The translations under genes and the position numbers were made by a program. From positions 32,001 through 96,000 of the forward strand of contig JBMORA010000033.1 in the NCBI GenBank assembly GCA_049320885.1: a stretch of 64,000 nucleotides of DNA. Reading direction: 5' to 3'. Below the pieces are notes generated by a model. It saw nothing but the letters and a program-made list of their open reading frames with translations. It had not been told where the DNA came from and did not search any database. This document shows positions 57,036 to 64,000 of the stretch, piece by piece; position 1 is the first letter of the stretch; each line of letters opens with the position of its first letter. The stretch comes from Thermodesulfobacteriota bacterium. GTDB lineage: Bacteria > Desulfobacterota > Desulfobacteria > Desulfobacterales > SURF-7.

Positions 57036-58940
57036 TTATGGCAGATGACACTGGGATGTCAATAAAGGGTTGTCCGCACCTGGGTCCATCAGCTTCCATC
57101 CGGCTGTTGTCAGATGGGTAGCTAATAGAGCGACCTCGGGGATATGAATCAACAGGGAAACTTCGTCACCGGGCTTGGGCGGACCGAGATCGCCCACAGG
57201 GGTAACCCGTTTCCCGCCGTGAAGGCATAGCAGGAGGACACCGCTGTCCAACAAGCCCGCAGGGGAGTCTTTTTTCCCCATCACTAATTCCGTGCTTTCC
57301 CCTACAAACCAGCGTTGCAATCGGACCTGACTCCGCCGAATCCGCGTGCACCAAAGTTCCACATCCATGGGATTCAGAAAGGCGACCTGGGCGCCGAGAG
57401 GATGCAGCATGCTGGGTGACAGGGTATCGTTGTTGATTTTCAATGCCGAATATAGTTCGACGCCCCTGGCCTCCTGTTTAACTTTTTGGATAAAAAGGAA
57501 ATTAACTTCATCATTGGGTGTAAGAGCCATAACGCCGATCCGGGTATCGATTTCCGCCCGTTGCAAGCTCCGGGATTGAATGGCATTGCCGAAAATCACC
57601 CGGGTACAGTCTTTTTCCGCCGCCCGGCAGTTATCCGGATTACTGTCGATCAGAACCGTTTCCTGCCCATCCTCTCGCAGCAGTTTCGCCAAGGCCCGGG
57701 CCAATTCATTGGCACCCATAATCACCCAACCGTTTTGGCTGGGTCGCCGCAAGCCAAGAAGTCCGGCCACCCACCCACCGGTCAACCCGGCGCAAGCAAC
57801 GGTTACGGTAATGACGAGAAACACCAGGGCACGCAGTTCATATCCACCGGGAATGTTGTGCTCATTGAGAGACACGGCGAACAGGGATGCCACGGCGGCG
57901 GCAACGATGCCCCGAGGACCGATCCAGGCGATGAACAGCCGTTCCCTCCAGGCCATATTGGCCCCCATGGTGCTGAGCCATACGGCCAGGGGACGCACGA
58001 AAATCATCAGGGCGGCGGCGGTGGCGATTCCTGACCAACCCAATTGTTGAACCTGGCTCAATCGGATATCGGACGACAGCAGGACAAACAGCATGCCGAT
58101 GAGCATAACGGTTAGCTCTTCCTTGAACTCCGCGAGATCCTGCAGTGCATGGGTAGTGGAATTCCCCACCAGAATCCCGGCGACAGTGACGGCGGCGATA
58201 CCGCTTTCCGACAGGATAGCGTTGGTCCCCTGAAAAAGGGCCAGAACGATACAAAGGGTAAAGACATTCTCGATGCCCTCCGGTAATATCCGGCGCATCC
58301 GGAATACTCCCACCACAAACAGACCGGCGACAACGCCGCAGAAGGCTCCGAACCCCAATCGGAAAACAATATGCCATATCCAGGTGGGCCAGCCACGGCC
58401 TGCCGGGCTCAACACGGCTTCCAGCGCAACCACGGCCACCACGGCGCCCAAGGCATCGATGAGCACGCCTTCTGCCTCGAGCACCGTGGCGACACCGCGT
58501 TTCACTTTCAGGCGTTTCAGCAGCGGATTGATCACCGTCGGGCCGGTGACCATCACCAGGGTGCCGAACAGCAGGGCTGTCTGCCAGGGCCATTGCATGA
58601 TCAAGCGGGCTGCCACCATGCCGCATAACATGGTAATCCAGCCGCCAAGCAGCACCAGCTGCCGGATGGAGCGCTGCTCTCGCCGCAATTTCTGGAATTT
58701 CAGACTCATCCCGCCTTCGAAGAGGATCACTGCCACGGCAAAGCCGGTAAGGATACCCAGAGCGGAACCAAGCCCCTGGGGTTGAATCCATCCTGCGCCG
58801 TCCGGACCGAACACCACGCCGGTAGCGAGCAGAACCACAATCCCGGGAATCCGCAAATGATGGGCCACGGATTGGGACACGATGCCCAATACCAATGCCA
58901 GGGCCACGGTCAGACCGGGATGGGTGACGATCGATTGCAT
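57036..58940 (-). CDS. CPA1/NhaP-type cation:proton antiporter with TrkA-N (RCK) domain
   Basis: ILFEGG, VTGPTV, LEAEGVLID, WIGPRGIVAAAVA; C-terminal IMGAN, LIDSN. Confidence 0.9.
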   Translation of the reverse strand: MQSIVTHPGLTVALALVLGIVSQSVAHHLRIPGIVVLLATGVVFGPDGAGWIQPQGLGSALGILTGFAVAVILFEGGMSLKFQKLRREQRSIRQLVLLGGWITMLCGMVAARLIMQWPWQTALLFGTLVMVTGPTVINPLLKRLKVKRGVATVLEAEGVLIDALGAVVAVVALEAVLSPAGRGWPTWIWHIVFRLGFGAFCGVVAGLFVVGVFRMRRILPEGIENVFTLCIVLALFQGTNAILSESGIAAVTVAGILVGNSTTHALQDLAEFKEELTVMLIGMLFVLLSSDIRLSQVQQLGWSGIATAAALMIFVRPLAVWLSTMGANMAWRERLFIAWIGPRGIVAAAVASLFAVSLNEHNIPGGYELRALVFLVITVTVACAGLTGGWVAGLLGLRRPSQNGWVIMGANELARALAKLLREDGQETVLIDSNPDNCRAAEKDCTRVIFGNAIQSRSLQRAEIDTRIGVMALTPNDEVNFLFIQKVKQEARGVELYSALKINNDTLSPSMLHPLGAQVAFLNPMDVELWCTRIRRSQVRLQRWFVGESTELVMGKKDSPAGLLDSGVLLLCLHGGKRVTPVGDLGPPKPGDEVSLLIHIPEVALLATHLTTAGWKLMDPGADNPLLTSQCHLP

Positions 58941-58993
58941 GACATATACCTATCCGTTGAACTCCTTTTCGTGCCAAATCGATTACGGCGATA

Positions 58994-59009
58994 TGGCATA
59001 AATATTGCT
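58994..59009 (+). promoter_or_regulatory. Sigma54 -24/-12 promoter
   Basis: TGGCATA-AATA-TTGCT, 58 nt upstream of the DsrC-like gene. Confidence 0.7.
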
Positions 59010-59067
59010 TATTATAGAGGATACAACCATTTCATTCTATCTTCAACACCAAACAAAAGGATTCCCC

Positions 59068-59757
59068 ATGCCCGACATCATCCTTGGAGAAAAAACGTAT
59101 CATGTTGACCCGGTCGGCTTTTTGATGGATTTCAACCAATGGGATCGCGCCTTTGCCGAAAACCTGGCGCTGCGACTCTCGATACCGGGTGGTTTGACTG
59201 AAAAACATTGGCAGGTGATCAATTTCATCCGCGACTGGTATGAAAAGAAGGGGCTTTGTCCGTTGGTATATATTGTTTGTGAAATGAATAAGTTGCGTAT
59301 CAATGAGTTAATGGAATTGTTTCCCACCGGCTACCTACGCGGCGCCTGCAAGCTGGCGGGTATTACCTATAAATACGCCTACGATGGAAATGCCGGCAAA
59401 CTTTCGATCCTCGCGGGAAAAGAATCCGAAGCCTTTTCGGCAAGCCGGCGCGATCCGGAAATACGGCATTTTGAAAAAAGCTACCTGGTGGACGTTTGCG
59501 GATTTTTAATCAACCCGGGGTCCTGGGACGAACAGTTCGCGGTCCACAAGGCCTTTGAACTAAAACTTCCTGATTTACTGACGGATTCACACTGGAAGGT
59601 CATCCATTTCCTGCGCCGTTACTACTATCAAAACGGAAATGTTCCCACCGTGTATGATACCTGCTCCTATTTCGGCATGGAAATCGATGAGTTGGGCAAA
59701 TTATTTCCGGACGGTTATCACCGCGGAGCGGTCAAAATCGCCGGCCTGAGGGTATAG
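59068..59757 (+). CDS. Tandem-domain DsrC/TusE-family protein
   Basis: Two repeats of VD..GFL....WD..FA...LT..HW.VI.F.R..Y...LFP.GY.RGA.K.AG. Confidence 0.9.
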   Translation: MPDIILGEKTYHVDPVGFLMDFNQWDRAFAENLALRLSIPGGLTEKHWQVINFIRDWYEKKGLCPLVYIVCEMNKLRINELMELFPTGYLRGACKLAGITYKYAYDGNAGKLSILAGKESEAFSASRRDPEIRHFEKSYLVDVCGFLINPGSWDEQFAVHKAFELKLPDLLTDSHWKVIHFLRRYYYQNGNVPTVYDTCSYFGMEIDELGKLFPDGYHRGAVKIAGLRV

Positions 59758-59782
59758 CAACTCTCCCGGAAGGAGAGTTGCT
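59756..59782. terminator. Hairpin between convergent dsrC-like and fdhE genes
   Basis: AGCAACTCTCC-cggaa-GGAGAGTTGCT, perfect 11-bp stem, no U-tract. Confidence 0.6.
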
Positions 59783-59786
59783 CCCA

Positions 59787-60647
59787 TCAGGAGGCAGGCG
59801 TCTGGGGCAATATCAGCGGATTTACATTGGTATATCCTTTTGAGCGTGCAATCATGTCGAGATGCAGCGACGTCAGGTTTTCGATATCCGCATCCATCTC
59901 CTCGCCCGTGGAACGTAGATCCAGCACTTTCAAATACGTATGGCAATGGTCGCAAATTTCAACCCTGCTCTTGCCGTTTTCCAGTGCTGTCAAATAGGAA
60001 AGATGAGCAGGTTCCCTGGTCCCGCAACCGCAGCAGCGGAGACGAGGAAAAGACCATTTGGTCTTGCACGCCCCGCAAATCAGATATTTCTCCCCCGCTT
60101 CTCCTCGAAGAACCCCCAAAACCGGTTGTCCACCGCATACGGGACAATAACCGTATTCCCATTCCCCCCAGGCCGGCCTTTGATTGAGATGCGCTGCATG
60201 AACCTCCAGCAGCGGGAATAGGATCTCCTTCAGAAAAAAAGAAAGCGCCTGGGGATACCGGGCAGGCGGCCGGCCCTGCAAGGCCTGCTGGATCACGCGG
60301 CCGAATTCCCCCTTGTCGCCGGCAAGCTCCGTCAATTGCTCCTTATCCCTTGAATCCAGGTTCTCGGTAATGGAAAGCAGCTGTACAAAATAGGCGTTCA
60401 TCAACGAAACATCGATCCCCAGATGGCGCATATCGATCAATGGGAACCCTGCTTTCAGTCGCTGCCGCATGTGATCATCGATATCGAGAGGGGTTATCGC
60501 ACGCCGGAGGCGCTCCCGATAATCCCCCCTGATAGTCAGGACCCGTTTGTAAAAAGAAAGCAGTTCCGCGTAAACGGAATCCTCGGATGACGCTTGAACC
60601 AATTCCGGTCCATCCCCGCCCGCGTTGATATCCATCGCCTGTCCCAT
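59787..60647 (-). CDS. fdhE: Formate dehydrogenase accessory protein
   Basis: W..GYCPVCG, YLICGAC...W...R..C..CG, CDHCHTYLK, LHLD..A...GY; GGAGG RBS at MGQAM; downstream of fdhB. Confidence 0.9.
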   Translation of the reverse strand: MGQAMDINAGGDGPELVQASSEDSVYAELLSFYKRVLTIRGDYRERLRRAITPLDIDDHMRQRLKAGFPLIDMRHLGIDVSLMNAYFVQLLSITENLDSRDKEQLTELAGDKGEFGRVIQQALQGRPPARYPQALSFFLKEILFPLLEVHAAHLNQRPAWGEWEYGYCPVCGGQPVLGVLRGEAGEKYLICGACKTKWSFPRLRCCGCGTREPAHLSYLTALENGKSRVEICDHCHTYLKVLDLRSTGEEMDADIENLTSLHLDMIARSKGYTNVNPLILPQTPAS

Positions 60648-60660
60648 GAAGACCTCCTGT

Positions 60661-61359
60661 CTATCCTGCCATTCGCATTGGTTTCGGAGCCATAACGGCG
60701 ATTCTGTAAGGCCTGGACCGATGGTTATGCGCAATGGAGTAGCTGTCCTGACTTTCCGGCAGAATCCAAAGCGTATTGTATTCCTCACCGGGATACAAAT
60801 TCGCGTTTTTACCCAGTATGCGAATCCGATCATGGGCGAGTTTGAGCATATCCTGTTTCGGGCCGAACTGTAAGGCGCCTGTGGAACAGGCCGTGACACA
60901 GGCGGGTTTGAGGCCGTTGGTGATGCGATCAATGCACATGGTGCATTTATGGATTCGCCCGGTCTCCTCATTTTTACGGGGAATATCATAGGGGCACTCG
61001 GCCAGAATGCTGTCATAATCCAGTTGTGCCGTTTTGTCGGTGAACACGATTGCTCCGCTGCCGTCGCGAATAATCGCGCCGGGAACGCTTTCCTCGGCCG
61101 CGGCCATGCATGGCGCATCCTCACAGTGCCGGCACCGGTCGTTGAAAAAAGTCCAGTCGATCCGTCCGCCCGACATCCGCGTTTCCATGAACACAATCCG
61201 GTTCCAGGTATTTTCAGACAGATCCGGCGGATTTTCATGACTTCCGCGGTTTTCCGTTTTATCCGCGCTGAGCCTGTTCCAGTTCTTGCACGCCACCTGG
61301 CAGGCCCGGCAGGCCGTGCATTTTGCTATATCGTTCAAGATGGCAAGTTCCATTTTCAT
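60661..61359 (-). CDS. fdhB: Formate dehydrogenase beta (Fe-S) subunit
   Basis: KCTACRACQVACKNWN, NPPDL, CRHCEDAPC, CPYDIP, KCTMC.DR...PACV.AC. Confidence 0.92.
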   Translation of the reverse strand: MKMELAILNDIAKCTACRACQVACKNWNRLSADKTENRGSHENPPDLSENTWNRIVFMETRMSGGRIDWTFFNDRCRHCEDAPCMAAAEESVPGAIIRDGSGAIVFTDKTAQLDYDSILAECPYDIPRKNEETGRIHKCTMCIDRITNGLKPACVTACSTGALQFGPKQDMLKLAHDRIRILGKNANLYPGEEYNTLWILPESQDSYSIAHNHRSRPYRIAVMAPKPMRMAG

Positions 61360-61363
61360 TCTC

Positions 61364-64000
61364 CTATGATTTGAGGATATCCACCATAAACACCTTGCTT
61401 TCCGGAATCATGGTATTGGCATCGCCGATGTTCGGTGTAACAAGGTTCGCGCTGTCGCCGAAAGTGAAGTATTGCGGTTTTTTGTCGTTCGCCTGATACG
61501 TTCTTTCGGCTGTTGTCACCCAGCCGTAATGATAGGGTATTCCCACCTGGTGAATGGTTTTGCCGGTGACCGTGAAGGGCTGCCATCTCACCGTGACAAG
61601 TGCAATGGCGCCGACCTCCCCCCTGGCCGATACGACCCGGACTTTTTCGCCGTTCTTGATGTTTTTTTCATCCGCGAGCTCCTTGCTCATCTCCACGAAC
61701 ATAGCTGGTTCCAGCTCCACCAGCCATGGTTGCCAGCGCGTCATGACCCCTGTCTGCCAGTGCTCGGTGACGCGATAGGTCGTGCAGACGATCGGGTATT
61801 TCTTGTGGCCCTGGGCCCTCTTGTTGGTCTGTCCCATCGATTTATCCCGGTCCCATCGCTTTATCGCCGGATTGACGAATTGAGGGGACAAGGGATTTTT
61901 ATCCAAAGGACTTTCAAGAGGTTCATAGTGCTCCGGGAATGGGCCGTCCTTTAGCCCCGGACCGAAGATGTGGCCATGGCCTTCCGCCTGCATGATAAAC
62001 GGATACCTGCCCGCAGCGCCGGCTGACAGGGGCGGCCAGCCCCCGTCCGGCACATCGCCTTTCCATACATTGAGATGCCACGTGATCACCGGCTTGTCGG
62101 GCGCCCAGGGTTGCCCTTCCAGATTCACGGAAGCGCGATTGTAAATGATTCTTCGATTCAGCGGCCAGCACCAGGCCCACCCGGAAAACAACCCGATGCC
62201 GGATGGATCTTCCTTGTTCCTTCTGGCTGCCATGTTTCCGTCTTCCGTATAGGAATTGCAGTAGATCCAGTTTCCGGATGAAGTCGAGCCGTCATCCCGC
62301 AAAAAAGTGAAATTCGGCACCAGCGACCGTTTGTTGTAGAGCTTGCCGTTAATGACCGTATCGTCCAGAAAGTATCCGTTGATTTCCCTGGCCACCATGT
62401 GCGGATCGATGTGGGTCACCTGGTTTTTTGCATTTTTGGGACCGTATTCCCATCGCAGCTTGACAATCGGGCCGGCAAATACACCCGGTTCTTTTTCAAA
62501 CAGCCCTTTCAGCCGCATGAGCAATGCGTTGATGATATCGCCATCCGGCTTGGCCTCCCCGGGAGGATTCACGGCCTTGTAGCGCCATTGCATCCAACGG
62601 CCGCTGTTCGATATGCTGCCTTCTTTTTCGTAGGAGGCGGCACATGGCAGCATAAAGACTTCCGTTTTGATTTTTTGGGGGTCCATGCCGGGCCCGCGCC
62701 AGAATGATCCGGTTTCGTTATCAAACAGATTGACATTTACCAGCCAGTCCAATTCGGTCAGTGCCTGACGGCTTTTATTCGCATTGGCCCCGCTGCAGGC
62801 CGGATTCTGCCCCCAGGAAAAGAACCCGGTAAACTTTTTTTGATACAGCTGATCGAAAATGGTCAACCAGGAGTAATCAACGCCATCATCCAATTTGGGC
62901 AGTAATTGATATGCCTCGTCAAGCGGCACCTCTTTCCCGTAAAATTCCCGGAGAAGACTGGCGCTGTATTTCGGATAATTCTGCCACCAGTTGGCGCTTT
63001 GGGGGTCGCTGGCCACGGGGGTGTTTTCCGTGGTATATTTCTTCCATGTCTCCTGGGAGGCTTTCGACGTTTTCAGATAGCCGGGTAAAATATGAAACAG
63101 CAGGCCTTGATCCGTAGACCCTTGCACATTGGCTTCACCCCTGAGCGCATTGACGCCCCCGCCGGCCATGCCCATGTTCCCGAGTAGAAGCTGAATGATG
63201 CACATGGCCCTGATGTTCTGGGTGCCGACGGTGTGCTGGGTCCAACCCATGGCGTACAACACCGTCCCGGATTTATTCGGGGCGCCGGATTCGGCATAGG
63301 TCGAGTAAATTTTCATCAGGCTGTCTTGCGGGGTTCCGGTGATGGACGAAACAACTTCCGGCGTATACCGGGAATAATGCTTCTTCAGCAGCTGCAACAC
63401 GCAATGGGGGTTTTGAAGGGTTTTGTCTTTTTTGATACCACCGGCTTCATCCTTCTGATAGGCCCATGTCGCCTTGTTGTATTGCCCATCCACATAGCCT
63501 TCTTTTGTCTTGACGGCCTCCAGCCCGGAAAACACGCCGTCGTTTTCACCGGGCAGCCGGATATCCGGATTGATTAAGAAGGAGGCGTTCGTGTACTCCC
63601 GAACGTATTCTTCAAAATAGAGCTTGTTTTCCAGGATATACTTGATCATGCCCCCCAGGAAAGCGATATCGGTTCCCGACCGCAGGGGCGCATACAAATG
63701 GGCTTTTTTGGAGGTTCTGGTGTACCGTGGATCCACGCTGATCATCACAGCGCCCTTATCAATGGCCCGCTGGATCCATTTGAAGGAGATGGGATGATTC
63801 TTGACCGGGTTGCTTCCCATGCATAGGATATAATCACTGTTTTTGATATCGATCCAGTGATTGGTCATTGCGCCGCGTCCGAACGACTCTGCCAGAGCCG
63901 CTACCGTCGCGGAGTGTCAGATCCTGGCCTGGTGCTCTATATAGACAAGCCCCAAGGCACGCAAAAATTTCTGATACAGATAGCATTCTTCGTTATCCAG
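61364..64000 (-). CDS. fdhA: Selenocysteine-containing formate dehydrogenase alpha subunit (5' end outside the window)
   Basis: Frame continues upstream of the tracked ORF: LDNEECYLYQKFLRALGLVYIEHQARI-TGA-HSATVAALAESFGRGAMTNHW; TGA at 63917-63919; FdnG-type motifs YAMGWTQH, LRGEANVQG, PFPEHYEP. Confidence 0.96.
63883..63901 (-). promoter_or_regulatory. Bacterial SECIS hairpin
   Basis: mRNA GCGGCUCU-GGC-AGAGUCGU stem-loop starting 16 nt after the UGA. Confidence 0.8.

Noticed and set aside
58960..58977. Minus-strand sigma54 promoter for the antiporter (TGGCACG...)
   Set aside because: The -12 TTGC element is missing
60648..61238. 483-aa version of fdhE
   Set aside because: The extension overlaps fdhB in another frame; RBS supports the start at 60647
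1..64000. tRNA, rRNA, prophage or intact transposase genes
   Set aside because: None recognised by eye; tRNAscan-SE/Infernal would be needed to exclude small RNAs

Overview
64 kb of a GC-rich chromosome whose gene content (selenocysteine formate dehydrogenase with fdhE, DsrC/TusE-like protein, many sigma54 promoters, TauE/PEP-synthase-like cluster) points to a Desulfobacterota-type anaerobe (inference from gene content). Layout: (1) 1-13.4 kb: nfeD-like, Rieske, dapF-like, glnE-hypE-apbE, pseudogene debris, pabA/pabB-pabC fusion, MarR and ADP-forming acyl-CoA synthetase subunits. (2) 13.6-19.3 kb: accessory island with a Phd-VapC toxin-antitoxin pair, two orphan Rhs toxin/immunity cassettes plus an Rhs stub, a 313-bp direct repeat, two 119-bp palindromic flanking elements and an IS66-like remnant. 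(3) 22.5-41.8 kb: large sigma54-linked signalling/transport cluster (NtrC-type activator, three histidine kinases, a degenerate PAS-HisKA protein, six stand-alone receivers, TauE/TSUP permease, PEP-synthase-like protein, two USPs, GGDEF, STAS-like). (4) 42-57 kb: DUF134/Mrp, purF, carB, carA and a three-gene glutamate synthase. (5) 57-64 kb: NhaP-type antiporter, tandem DsrC-like protein, and fdhE/fdhB/fdhA(Sec). The most notable unexplained signals are a candidate riboswitch/attenuator with mutually exclusive antiterminator and terminator upstream of pabA, the repeat-bounded Rhs cassette array, a DapF homolog with both catalytic Cys replaced by Ser, and the signalling cluster with its own readable enhancer motif. 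No rRNA, tRNA or CRISPR array was seen. All calls are by eye from motifs; no searches were run.
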